Shown piece after piece: positions 8,951 through 19,400 of a DNA stretch of 44,582 bases; the first letter of the stretch is position 1; every line of letters starts with the position of its first letter. Source of the stretch: a virus; IMG/VR virus record IMGVR_UViG_3300018465_000004, positions 93,019 through 137,600 of that record; one strand, 5' to 3'. The notes beneath the pieces were generated by a model. It saw only the letters and a list, made by a program, of their open reading frames with translations. It was not told where the DNA came from and made no database searches. Made by a program: the position numbers and the translations under genes.

Positions 8951-9600
8951 TGAGGCCCGCCCCGAGCGACCCACCCGAGGTCGAAGCCCAGCTCTGGCGC
9001 GGCTTCACCGGCAACGTCGGCTGGGACATCGGCGCCAACTGCGGGCAGAGCCTGCCCACCATGACCAAACGGTTCCGGCACGTCGTGGCCTTCGAGCCGG
9101 CCGAGGAATGCTACGAGTACCTGGTCCCGTGGGTCGGGCGTGCCTCGCTGGCAAATGTGGTCATCAGCAACTACGCCCTGTCCGACGTGGACGGACAGAT
9201 CGAGCTCGCGGCCCTCCCCAGCAAGATCGACAGCGGGCAGCTGGTCACCCCGGGAACCCCCGGCATGGAATGGTCCCCGTGCGTCTGGTTCGACGCCGAC
9301 AACCGGGCTGTCGAGGCCCGCACCGCGGACTCCCTCCTGGAGGAGTTCAGCCCGCCGAACTTCCTGAAGATCGACGTCGAGGGCCACGAGCAGAAGGTGC
9401 TCGACGGCGCCCGTCAGCTCATCAGCGACTACCTGCCGGCGATGCTCGTCGAGTTCCACACCCCCCAGCTCGGCGAGTCCTGCCGGGCCACGCTGGTCGA
9501 CAACTACGGCTACCGCGTCGAGGTCGTCCGGCACCCGCACTACCTGCCGGGCAGCCCGATGTGGCACCAGCACGGCTGGCTTCGCGCCTTTCCGTCCTGA
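8950..9600 (+). CDS. FkbM-family SAM-dependent methyltransferase
   Basis: DIGANCG, AFEP and FLKIDVEGHE; TGATG overlap with a GGAGG RBS. Confidence 0.9.
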   Translation: MRPAPSDPPEVEAQLWRGFTGNVGWDIGANCGQSLPTMTKRFRHVVAFEPAEECYEYLVPWVGRASLANVVISNYALSDVDGQIELAALPSKIDSGQLVTPGTPGMEWSPCVWFDADNRAVEARTADSLLEEFSPPNFLKIDVEGHEQKVLDGARQLISDYLPAMLVEFHTPQLGESCRATLVDNYGYRVEVVRHPHYLPGSPMWHQHGWLRAFPS

Positions 9601-9606
9601 CCCCTT

Positions 9607-9613
9607 CCGATAA
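9607..9613 (+). promoter_or_regulatory. CCGATAA motif, putative late-promoter -10 element
   Basis: Recurrent motif at gene boundaries; lies in the hairpin CCTTCC-GATAA-GGAAGG. Confidence 0.5.
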
Positions 9614-9621
9614 GGAAGGAC

Positions 9622-10065
9622 ATGGCCGGAAACCTTGAGGAACTCGACGGCGCATTCGAGCTGCCGGCGAACGTCTCCGACCCGAAGATGCGCGAGTTGT
9701 ACGAGGTTCTCGTCGCCAAGATGCGGGCCGACGCCCGGCATCTGCCCATGAACACGGTGCAGCAGCTGCTCATCGAGCGGATTTGCTACAACTACATCGT
9801 CCTGCGCTCCAAGGAGGCCGGCGAGCTGGGCGGGTTCGGCTCCGCCAGCGTGCAGAAGGACTACAACACCTTCTGGCTGTCGATGACCTCAGAGTTCAAC
9901 AAGCTGCTCGGCAAGGTCGAGCCGCTGTCCGGGGCCGACAAGAAGGCGTTCCTGCGGGAGATGCAGCAGATCATCGTCAACACCGTCTCCACGGTGCCCG
10001 ACCCCAAGACCCGCAGCGGCCTGCTGGAGCGGTTCGCCGCTGCGTTCGAACACGCCGGAATCTAG
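9622..10065 (+). CDS. Helical hypothetical protein; candidate terminase small subunit
   Basis: Strong RBS; size and position upstream of terL; TerS function is positional inference only. Confidence 0.55.
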   Translation: MAGNLEELDGAFELPANVSDPKMRELYEVLVAKMRADARHLPMNTVQQLLIERICYNYIVLRSKEAGELGGFGSASVQKDYNTFWLSMTSEFNKLLGKVEPLSGADKKAFLREMQQIIVNTVSTVPDPKTRSGLLERFAAAFEHAGI

Positions 10066-10073
10066 GAGACCCG

Positions 10074-10328
10074 ATGGCCAACACCCCTACCCCCAAGACC
10101 CCCGAGCAGCCCAAGCAGGCCCCGGCCAAGGCGCCGGAGCCCGGCACCGACGCCGGTGAGATCCGGTACTTCTCCGGCACCATCACCAAGGTCGACGCCC
10201 AGGGCCGCACGGTGATGTCGGACCACCTCATGCCCGGCGAGCAGCTGCGGCGCGAGGTGACCAACCGGTACGAGGCGAGCCAGGGCGCCCGGCAGAAGTC
10301 GGAAGCCAAGCCGGACAAGGACAACTAG
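10074..10328 (+). CDS. Hypothetical protein, 84 aa
   Basis: AGGAG RBS before ATG at 10074; typical codon usage. Confidence 0.7.
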   Translation: MANTPTPKTPEQPKQAPAKAPEPGTDAGEIRYFSGTITKVDAQGRTVMSDHLMPGEQLRREVTNRYEASQGARQKSEAKPDKDN

Positions 10329-10379
10329 TCCACAGCGGACAGCCAGCGGCAGCCGGAATCCACAGTGAGAGACGGGGAC

Positions 10380-11201
10380 ATGGGGACGATCATCTTCGAC
10401 CGGGATGAGCTTGACCTCATCGTGTCCCTCGCCGGTTGCACGCTGAACAAGTCCCCCGGGAAGAACTGGGTCGAGGGCGCGGGCGGTCTGCCGGAGTACA
10501 TCTGCCGCATCGCCCGCGCCATCCATCGCACCGGAAAGACCGTCTCTCAGGCGATCGCCATCGCCGTGTCCCGGGTCAAAAAGTGGGCCGCCGGAGCCGA
10601 CGACGTCGATGCTGACACCCGGGCCAAGGCCGCCAAGGCACTGGCCCAGTGGGAAGCGCTCAAGGTGAAGAACAAGGCCAAGACGGCAGCCAAGAAGGTC
10701 GCCGGCAAGGCAAGTGGTGCCGGCGCGGACCGCGACACCGTGCGGGCCAGCTCCGTCGCCGGCCACGAGATCCTGTGCCTGGCCAAGACCGACTTCAACG
10801 TCGACAAGGTGAAGGCCGCGTTCGACAACCACACCCGCTCGGCCCGTAACGCCTGGCGCGCCGCAAACCCGAGCAGCAACTACGAGGACGGCCCGCCGTA
10901 CTTTTACGTTCGGGAGCAGTGGACCAATTACCTCATCGTCTCCACTGACGGGTATCGCAGTGACGGCAGGCTGTTCAAGGTCGGCTACACCGTCGACGCC
11001 AAGCAGAACGTCACCTTCGAAGAGCCGGTCGAGGTGACCACCAAGTACGTCGTCGTCCAGTCCAGCGACGTCGACGACACCGGCATCAGCGACGCCGACC
11101 TCCAGAAGGTGCTCGCCATGTCCGCCCCCGGCGACACCGCCGACCTGGACACCATCCTGCGGTTCGTCGGAAAGCCGGCTAGGCCGATACAGCCAGCGTG
11201 A
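10380..11201 (+). CDS. Phage hypothetical protein (NWVExxGGLPxYI domain)
   Basis: Clean ORF between the small genes and terL; start at 10380 or 10365. Confidence 0.75.
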   Translation: MGTIIFDRDELDLIVSLAGCTLNKSPGKNWVEGAGGLPEYICRIARAIHRTGKTVSQAIAIAVSRVKKWAAGADDVDADTRAKAAKALAQWEALKVKNKAKTAAKKVAGKASGAGADRDTVRASSVAGHEILCLAKTDFNVDKVKAAFDNHTRSARNAWRAANPSSNYEDGPPYFYVREQWTNYLIVSTDGYRSDGRLFKVGYTVDAKQNVTFEEPVEVTTKYVVVQSSDVDDTGISDADLQKVLAMSAPGDTADLDTILRFVGKPARPIQPA

Positions 11202-13099
11202 GCGATTTCGCAGCCTGGCTACGGCAGTCGGCGGACAAGGCCGGCGCCGAACTCGGCAGCATCTTCGCCGAGGAGCCGGTCAGCCTGACCATCTTCGTGC
11301 AGGACCGCGCCTACCTCGGCAACCCGCCACTGTCGCTGGTCCAGTACGAGGCCGTGCGGCACATCGAACGCATCTACTATCCCGACCTGTACCCGGTGAT
11401 GGCGCGCGAGTTCGAACCGGGCAAGCAGGCAGGCCGGTTCCACGTCGGCGCGGTCAGCAGCTGGCGCGACGAGCCGTACTGGTCAAGCCCGGTCCGGATG
11501 ACCAACTTCATCACCCTCCAGTGGGGCAAGGGCAGCGGCAAGGACCACGTCGCCCGGGTGGCCAGCATGCGCATCGCCTACCTGCTCGGCTGCCTGGAGT
11601 CGCCGCAGAACTACTACGGCATGCCCGAACAGGACACCATCCACCTGCTCAACGTGGCCAGCAGCTCGGCCCAGGCGCAGCAGGCGTTCTTCATGCCGAT
11701 CGTGCGGGCGGTGCGCCGGCCGGGCAACTGGTTCGGCGACAAGTGCGAACCCCGGCAGAACGTCGTGTCGTACAAGAAGAACATCGAGTCCATCTCCGGG
11801 CACTCCGATGCGGAGACCCAGGAGGGCCTCAACCTGATGCTCGCCATCGCGGATGAGATCGACGCCTTCAAGACGAAGAAGGAGACCGCCGCCCGTCGCG
11901 GCGCCACCGCCCGGGAACCCACCAAGAGCGCCGAAGGCATCCTCAACATGATGCGCACATCCGGCGCTACCCGGTTCCCCAAGGTGTTCAAGAACGTGCG
12001 GATCTCCTTCCCCCGTTATCTCGGGTCGACCATCCAACGTCTCACCGCCGAGGCCAAGGCCGACCTCAAAGCCAACGGCATCGATTCGCGGCACTACGTG
12101 TCCGGGCCGATGGCCACCTGGGAGGTCAACCCCCGCATCACCGGCAAGGAGGTCTTCGCCGGGGACTACAAGGACGACCCGTTGATGGCCAAGGCCAAAT
12201 TCGAGTGCAAACCGAGCCGGGCCATCAACCCCTACTTCCGCAACCACGCCGCCATCGACGCCTGCTTCCTGCCGATGACACACCTGCCCGTCGAGGTCAG
12301 CTACCGGCTCGAAGACGGCACCGGCCGCCCCGTCTGGGTGCCCCGCTACCGGTTCACCGACTCCTTCTTCCCGGTCCGCGGCGCGGCCTACGCCATGCAC
12401 GCCGACCTGGCCGTCACCGGCGACCGCGCCGGCATCGCCATGGCCCACGTGGTGCGCTGGAGCGAACACGAGATCGTCGCCGAAGACGAGGACGGCGCGC
12501 CACATCCGATCCGGGAAATGCGCCCCCACGTCAAGGTCGACTTCGTCATCTCCTACAGCTCCGACACCTCGGCCAACCCGCCCCGGGAGATCCAGATCCG
12601 GTGGGCCCGGCAGCTGTGCTTTGAGCTGATGAAGCGCGGCTTCAACATCCGCCGCTTCACCTTCGACGCCTTCGCCAGCACCGACAGCATGCAGATCCTG
12701 GAGACCAAGGGCATCGAGTCGGAACGGATGTCCACCGACCTGCACGAGGACCCCTGGCGCAACCTCGCCGACCTGGCCTACGAGGGCCGGCTCACCATCC
12801 CGGCACCGGCCCCCGCGGACCCGACCAACCCACCGGACTTCCTGCTGCGCGAGGAGCTGCTCAGCCTCACCCGGCTCCCCAACGGCCGCGTCGACCACCC
12901 CAGCGACGGCAGCAAGGACGAGGCCGACGCACTGGCCTGCGCCGTGCTTGGCGCGGTCATCCTGGGCGGCCAGGAGGAAACCGGCGGCGCCCGCGCCTAT
13001 CACAGCGCCGCGGAGATCAGCGTCGGGCGGGTCTTCGACCTCCCGGTCGGGGTCAACCCCAGCACGGTGTGGGAGACCGAGATCCCCTCACCCTTCTAG
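11198..13099 (+). CDS. terL: Terminase large subunit
   Basis: Walker A WGKGSGKD, Walker B AIADEID, RNase-H-like nuclease motifs HADLAVTGD and DHPSDGSKDEADA; lies directly upstream of the portal gene. Confidence 0.93.
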   Translation: MSDFAAWLRQSADKAGAELGSIFAEEPVSLTIFVQDRAYLGNPPLSLVQYEAVRHIERIYYPDLYPVMAREFEPGKQAGRFHVGAVSSWRDEPYWSSPVRMTNFITLQWGKGSGKDHVARVASMRIAYLLGCLESPQNYYGMPEQDTIHLLNVASSSAQAQQAFFMPIVRAVRRPGNWFGDKCEPRQNVVSYKKNIESISGHSDAETQEGLNLMLAIADEIDAFKTKKETAARRGATAREPTKSAEGILNMMRTSGATRFPKVFKNVRISFPRYLGSTIQRLTAEAKADLKANGIDSRHYVSGPMATWEVNPRITGKEVFAGDYKDDPLMAKAKFECKPSRAINPYFRNHAAIDACFLPMTHLPVEVSYRLEDGTGRPVWVPRYRFTDSFFPVRGAAYAMHADLAVTGDRAGIAMAHVVRWSEHEIVAEDEDGAPHPIREMRPHVKVDFVISYSSDTSANPPREIQIRWARQLCFELMKRGFNIRRFTFDAFASTDSMQILETKGIESERMSTDLHEDPWRNLADLAYEGRLTIPAPAPADPTNPPDFLLREELLSLTRLPNGRVDHPSDGSKDEADALACAVLGAVILGGQEETGGARAYHSAAEISVGRVFDLPVGVNPSTVWETEIPSPF

Positions 13100-13150
13100 C
13101 CGTCCGATATAGCCACGCAACGACAGGCCAGCGTCCGGAGGGGTTGACCG

Positions 13151-15202
13151 ATGACTTCGCCGGTGAAGAAGGCGCCACAGGGCCAGCGCGCCACCATGGC
13201 GAGCCCCAAGCCGGTCGCCGAGGTCGAGGTCGGAGTCAGCGCGCACCTGCCCTTCGTCACGCCCTACCGCAACCTGTGGGAGGCGCTGCGCGAGGAGGAC
13301 CACCTCACGGTCCGCCAGCTCGCCAGCATGCGCCGCACCGACGGGCAGGCCCGCGCCCTGTACCGGCTCATCGTGCTGCCGATCCGGGCCGCGTTGAAGA
13401 CCGCCACCTACCAGCCTGAGGACCACACCGACGGCGGGGAGGAGGAGGCTGAATTCATCGAGCAGATGTTCACCCTGCCGGCCAACGCGGGCGGCATGGA
13501 GGTGTCTTTCGGCCGGGTGATCGCCCAACTGCTGCTGGCCGTCTTCGACGGCTTCTCCGCCTTCGAGATGGTCTACTGGTCGCCCAAGTCCGGCCCGCTC
13601 AAGGGCAAGTGGACGATGAAGGAGATCGCCCACCGGCCGAGCGAGACCCTGACCTTCCTGCTCGACGACCGCGGCAAGTATGCCGGGCTGCGCCAGCAGA
13701 CCATGTTCCACGGCGAGTTCATCGACAAGAAGCTGCCCGCCGAGCACACGTTCTGGTACGCCGCCAACGAAGAGGAGCGGCCGTTCTACGGCGTGTCCTA
13801 CTTCCAGAGCGCCTGGTACCACTGGGACAAGAAGTTCAAGCTCTACGTCATCGCGCACATCGCCGCCCAACGCGCCGCGGTCGGCACCCGGGTCGGCAAG
13901 CTGCCCCCGAACCCGTCCGATGTGGACAAGCGCGAATTCAAGAAGGCCCTGGCCGACCTCGGCGTCGCGCAGTACATGACCATCCCGGACACCTACACGG
14001 TGGAAAGCCTCAAGGAAGCCGCCGGCTTCGACTTCCTGAGCTACATCAACCACCACAACTCCCAGATGTCCAAGTCCGTGCTCGCCGCGTTCTTCGACAA
14101 GGACCAGGGCGGCTCCGAACCCAAGCTCGTCGACTTCGGCGAGCAGAGCGACGCGCTGTTCATGCTGATGCTCCAGACTCTGATGTCGGAGATCGAAGAG
14201 GTCATCAACACCAAGGTCATCCCACGCTTCATCGACTGGAACTTCAGCTCCGGCAAGTACCCGGTCTTCCGCTTCGGCCAGCTCACCTCCGAACAGAAGG
14301 ACCGGATGTTCGAGCTGTTCAAGACCCTCGCCGTCGGTGGACAGTCGCTGACCATCCGGCCCGAGCTGGTGCACGAGCTGGAGAAGCAGGTCTCCGAGGA
14401 ACTCGGTCTGGAAATCGACTGGGAGACCATCGAGGAGGAGATGGACCGCGACGCGGAGGAAGCCGCCCAGCAGCAGCTCCTCCAGCAGGAGGCCGGACTC
14501 ATGCCCGGCGCCGACGGCGCACCCGGTGCCGGCGGTGGACCCCCGCAGGTCGACCCGTCGCTGCTGCCACCCGGCTTCACCCTGCTCACCAACCCCGACG
14601 ACGCCAACCTGGCCCTGACCGCGCTGGCCCGCGACCTGCTCGACGAGGCGTACCAGACCGTCGAGCTGGTCCGCGGCAGAACCATCAGCGGCATGCCCAA
14701 GCGGGTGCGCACCGCATCCGGTGCACGGTTCTACGGCGTGCCCATCGGCGCCCCGATCACCCGTGACATGGAGGAGCGCACCGCCTCGGCCGGGGTCGAA
14801 GGCAAGCCCTTCGGCGCTGGCGACATCCGCGACCCGAACGGCAAGAACAAGACCGGCCGGGCCACCCTCGGCGGCGGCCCCGGCGCCCCGGCCGCAAGCG
14901 TCGGCACCGTCAACGTCAAGCCGGCCACGCAGTCCAGCACCGTGCCCAAGCGCACCTACAGCCACCCCAACCAGCCCGGGGTGACCCTGCTCGACTTCGG
15001 CGACGGCACGGTGGCCATCCGCGACGCCAAGGGCCACATCTCCGCCCGGCAGCGCTTCGACATCACCTACTTCCGCAAGCTCGGCTGGAAGGTCGACGCC
15101 GCCTTCGCCGACGTGAAGACCGACGCCGACAAGGCCGAGGAAGAGAAGAAGGCGACCAAGAAGAGCACCCCGGCCAAGAAGACGACCCCGGCCAAGAAGT
15201 GA
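13151..15202 (+). CDS. Portal protein (DUF935/Mu gp29-like) with C-terminal extension
   Basis: GFSAFEMVY, PFYGVSYF and INHHNSQMSKSVL segments typical of DUF935; position after terL. Confidence 0.88.
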   Translation: MTSPVKKAPQGQRATMASPKPVAEVEVGVSAHLPFVTPYRNLWEALREEDHLTVRQLASMRRTDGQARALYRLIVLPIRAALKTATYQPEDHTDGGEEEAEFIEQMFTLPANAGGMEVSFGRVIAQLLLAVFDGFSAFEMVYWSPKSGPLKGKWTMKEIAHRPSETLTFLLDDRGKYAGLRQQTMFHGEFIDKKLPAEHTFWYAANEEERPFYGVSYFQSAWYHWDKKFKLYVIAHIAAQRAAVGTRVGKLPPNPSDVDKREFKKALADLGVAQYMTIPDTYTVESLKEAAGFDFLSYINHHNSQMSKSVLAAFFDKDQGGSEPKLVDFGEQSDALFMLMLQTLMSEIEEVINTKVIPRFIDWNFSSGKYPVFRFGQLTSEQKDRMFELFKTLAVGGQSLTIRPELVHELEKQVSEELGLEIDWETIEEEMDRDAEEAAQQQLLQQEAGLMPGADGAPGAGGGPPQVDPSLLPPGFTLLTNPDDANLALTALARDLLDEAYQTVELVRGRTISGMPKRVRTASGARFYGVPIGAPITRDMEERTASAGVEGKPFGAGDIRDPNGKNKTGRATLGGGPGAPAASVGTVNVKPATQSSTVPKRTYSHPNQPGVTLLDFGDGTVAIRDAKGHISARQRFDITYFRKLGWKVDAAFADVKTDADKAEEEKKATKKSTPAKKTTPAKK

Positions 15203-16179
15203 GCGCTGACAGCGCCGCCCTTCTCACCATCGAGGGGCGGCTGCGCCGCCAGCTCGGCCGAAGGCTGGAGCAGGCCGTCACCCACCTCGGCGGCTACCTG
15301 GGCAGCGTCATCAAGGCCAACCCCGCCTTGACCGGGCTGGAGCTGATGTCCCGGCCCGACGTGCACAAGGCGCTGCTGACCGCCCTGGGCGGCACCCAGT
15401 CCACGGTGGAGTCCACGATCCGGGCCGGATACGCTGCCGCCCGTTCCGTCGCCCGTGCCAGCGCCAGCCGGGAACTCGCCGCCCAGGACTACCAGGTCCC
15501 GACGGAGATCCCGGACCGCGACGCGTACCTCGTCGCGGTCCTCGCCGCCGTCGCCCTTGCCTTCTCCGCGGCCAGCGACGACATCCAGACCAGCGTGCGC
15601 ACCGCCTACGACGGCGCCACCGGCACCCTGGCCACCGCCGCCCGCATCCTCATCGTCCGCCAGGCCCTGCACCGGGCCGTACGCCGCCTCGGGGTGCGGG
15701 TCAACGCGTCCGCGGTGGTCGCACTCCACCGCGGACACACCGACGCCATGCTCGCCATCTACGACGCCTACCGCGCCGCACACCCCTCGCAGACCCTCTA
15801 CAAGACCTGGCAGACCGGCTCCGCCGACCCCTGCCCGGCCTGCCGCGCCCTCAACGGCCAGAGCGTCCCGGTCGACGCCGAGTTCGACCGCACCCTCACC
15901 GCCGACCCCACCCGGCCCCCACCTCCGGTGCACCGCGACCTGCTCGGGCCGCCCCGCCACCCCAACTGCCGCTGCCGCATCACCATCCACGCCAGCACGG
16001 CCAGCGCCGCCGTGCGCACACACACCACCGCGGCGGCCCCGCAACGCCTGCCGGCCAGTATGTCGGCCGCCGACGTGCGACGCCTGCCCATCGCCCGCTT
16101 CACCGCGCTGACCGCGTTCTTCACCGCCGCCGCCCGGCGCATCCGCACCCTGCTCCGAAAGGCCCGCGCCGGTGGCTGA
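15199..16179 (+). CDS. MuF-like minor head protein
   Basis: KTW...CPACRALNG and PPRHPNCRC signature motifs. Confidence 0.85.
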   Translation: MSADSAALLTIEGRLRRQLGRRLEQAVTHLGGYLGSVIKANPALTGLELMSRPDVHKALLTALGGTQSTVESTIRAGYAAARSVARASASRELAAQDYQVPTEIPDRDAYLVAVLAAVALAFSAASDDIQTSVRTAYDGATGTLATAARILIVRQALHRAVRRLGVRVNASAVVALHRGHTDAMLAIYDAYRAAHPSQTLYKTWQTGSADPCPACRALNGQSVPVDAEFDRTLTADPTRPPPPVHRDLLGPPRHPNCRCRITIHASTASAAVRTHTTAAAPQRLPASMSAADVRRLPIARFTALTAFFTAAARRIRTLLRKARAGG

Positions 16180-16399
16180 ACCCACCCGCATCCGCTACCG
16201 CGGGGACGGACCCGAAGTGATGGCCGAGGCCCTCATCGCGTTGCTACGCCTGGCCCGCGCCGGCAGCGATGACTTCACCTTCGGCCCGCTCGTGCTTGCC
16301 GAGCTGGAGCGCGACGGCCTCGAAATCGGCGGTCCCGACCTCGGCGGCGTCATCAACGCCCTCGCACTCGTCCCCGGCCTCGCCCAGGTGGAGGAGTAG
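16172..16399 (+). CDS. Hypothetical protein, 75 aa
   Basis: Overlaps the MuF stop; typical codon usage. Confidence 0.65.
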   Translation: MAEPTRIRYRGDGPEVMAEALIALLRLARAGSDDFTFGPLVLAELERDGLEIGGPDLGGVINALALVPGLAQVEE

Positions 16400-16404
16400 C
16401 AGAG

Positions 16405-16460
16405 CGGCTACTCGGGGTGTCCCAACTGTAGGTACAGGTGGCAGACACACCGGGTAGCTG
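16405..16460. promoter_or_regulatory. Long imperfect stem-loop upstream of the kinase gene RBS
   Basis: CGGCTACTCGG/CCGGGTAGCTG, GTGTC/GACAC, CCA/TGG and CTGT/ACAG form nested pairings. Confidence 0.55.
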
Positions 16461-16481
16461 AGAGGGACGGCGTTGGCAAGT

Positions 16482-19400
16482 ATGGACAGCGGTCTGGTCG
16501 ACGAGTTCGCCACCTTCACGTGGAAGCTCAACTCGTCATCGAACACGTCACTGCACTGGTTCGGCGATCCCGTGCCCGACGCCGCCCTCATCACCCTCGC
16601 CCAGCAATCCACCGACACGGTGGTGACGCCGGCCGAGGTGACGTATACGGCCTCCTTCGGGGACCTCGTCACGCTGGCGGAGACGGCGGAGAAACTTCCA
16701 GATCCCGAACCGGCCACTGTGGAGCCCGCCCCGGCACCCGGTGACGACACCCCGATCCTCATCGGCACCCTCACGCTGACCCGGGCCCAGGTCCAGGAAG
16801 CCATCGATCTGCTCACCGCCAACAAATCCAACTGGGTCGTCGTCCCGTTGCAGAAGATCGGGCACCCGCTCGCCGAGCACAGCTGGGAACTGGCCAACCG
16901 GGAGAACGCCTACGACCCGGCGATCCCCACCCCGAAAGGCCGCCACGCACTCGTCCAGCACCTCACCAAGGCACTGACCGGAAGCCACCTCGGCCCGTTC
17001 GCCCTGGACGCCAACCGGTACGCCATCGCACCGGTACCTGATCCGGGCGACCTCATGTATTGGGGCGTCGACGCCTACCGCGACTACATCGGCAAGGTCG
17101 CCGCCGCGATCGGCAACGGCAAGATCGTGGGCCGAGGTGCCAGCCGGCTCAGCCCCAACAAGCTCGTCGAGTGGGTCCACGCCTGGCTGCGCGGCGATAT
17201 GAAGGCCGTCTACGACCTCGAAATCGACACCGGCGTCATGGGCAGCCCGCACCACCCCGGCGCACCCGGAAACCCGGCCACCCACCGCATCGTCTGGCAG
17301 CCCGCGATCCCCGGAGAGATCCCGGCCGGCATCCGCATCCCTGGCATCTGGAAGAGCCCGGAAGGGTCCTGGACCAACGCCATGGTCGACAACTACCTGG
17401 TCCGCGCCAAGGCGAAGAACCCGCAGTACATGTCCATGTCCCAACGCAGCCGTTGGGTCAAGGCTCACCTTGCCGGACGCAAGTACGACGTCGACCAGAT
17501 CTCCCGCAAGGTGCACCCGCATCAGGGCAACTTCTACCGGAGTCACGCCCCGGTGCTCAGCCCCGACATGCCGCCCTCACAGTGGGACACCTGGCGGAAC
17601 TACGTCGACGATCACGTCGGCGTTGAGGTGTGGCACACCCTGGCCCTGGAGACCTTCGCCGCCGACCACGGCATCACCCTGCCCTTCTTCCACGCCGCCC
17701 AGGTCGCGCTCGTCGCACCCGCGGTCGAGAAGTTGCGCACCGCCGAGCACATCTCCCGCCAGCAGCTCACCTTCACCGCGGCATCGGACCAGCCCGACCT
17801 CGCCGGATTCCACCGCAAGGTTGTGCTCGTCGATCAGCACAAACGCCGTTGGGTCTTCAAGCCGGCACCCAAACCCGACGCGAAGTTCCGCCCCGAGGTC
17901 GAACACGAGGCGCACGTCCTGGCCCGGCTGCTCGGATACCAGACCGCGGTCAGCCACCTGATCACCCACGACGGGCAGTACGGCCAGGCCCAGGCCATGC
18001 TCCCGGTCACCGGAAGCCTGCTCGGTACCACCGGCGCCAAGTTCGCCGACCTCAGCCGCCGCCAGCTCATAGCCATCGCCAAAGAGCACCTGCTCGACTG
18101 GCTGCTCGACAACGACGACACCCACGCCGACAACATCGTGCTCTGCGCCGACGGGTCGGTCATCGGCATCGACAAAGGCCGCGCCTGGCGCTACGTCGGC
18201 GGCTGGGACGGCCTGTCCGCCGACAAGAAGGCCAACACCAACTGCAAGCTCATCTACACCGACCTGTACGCCGCCATCGCCGCCCACCACCTCGACCGGG
18301 CCGTGGTGGACGCGATGTACCACGCCGTCATCGGCCAGGCCACCCGAATGCAGCGGCTGCCGGACGCCGTCCTGGGCGAGATCCTGCACCGCGCCCAGGC
18401 GAACCGGCCGCATTTCAAGCCGTCCTTCTACCAGAAAGAGATCGCCACCGCCCCCACCAACGCGGAGGAACTCGTCGCCCAGATCACCGCCCGGAAGAAC
18501 AACCTCGTCGCCGACATGCAGCTGCTCTGGCAGCGCATCTACACCGCCGCCGGGTGGGAGCGGCCGGAAACCCCTGCACACAATCTCGGCCCCAACCCGC
18601 AGGGCCACCCGATCCACGCCGGCCTGGACAACCCCGACCTGCACGATCTGGTCCCACAGACCAAGAGCTACGGAACTCCGACGTTCATCGCGGGTGAGCA
18701 CATCGAGGAGGCGCACATCCTGCTGTGGCGCGAACAGCACCCGCACTCCGGCTACGCCATCCGCGGCCAGTTCAAAATCCGACCCGGACAGGTCTACGAG
18801 GCGGTCCGCAAGTGGTGCGCCGAGCAGATCAAGACGGCCCTGGCCAAGACCGGCCAGGTCCAGGTCCCCGGCGAGGCCGCCGCCTACGCGGCCATCATCG
18901 CCGCTGCCAAGACGGTCTCCTTCCACCACCAGGTCGGCGACACGGAGTACAACCGGGCCAAGATGGACCAGCTCAACGCCTACAACCACATACTGACCAC
19001 CGTCCGGGACGACGCACGCAAGGGGCTCACCGGCGGCGACCCGGGCGGGCTCTGCGAAGCCCAGATCGAGATGTGCAACCTCTACCTCGGCTACATCCAG
19101 GCGATCTACGAGCGGCTTGTCGCCAAGCTGCAAATCAGCCAGGAAGGCGACTTCCCCCGCTACAAGTGGACCCCCGGCCCCAAAACCGTGACCAAACCCG
19201 GCTACACCGTCGCCAAGCTCCCACTCACCCGGGCTGCTGCCAACCTCCGGATGACCCCCGAGTTCGACCAGGACGGGGAGCTTGCCCTCAGCGGGGACGT
19301 GCTGAAGTCCGACGCCAACTGCACCAACGGCCAGCTGGGGCAGATGTACCTGACGACGTTGGTAACCGGCGAACAGATCGAGTTCCGCGGCGACGCCGAC

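Noticed and set aside
10326-10366. Two TCCACAG copies resembling DnaA boxes
   Set aside because: Only two degenerate copies and no AT-rich unwinding region; insufficient to call an origin.
11198-13099. Possible intein or intron in the terminase
   Set aside because: Length and motif spacing are ordinary; no splice-junction or homing-endonuclease motifs were seen.
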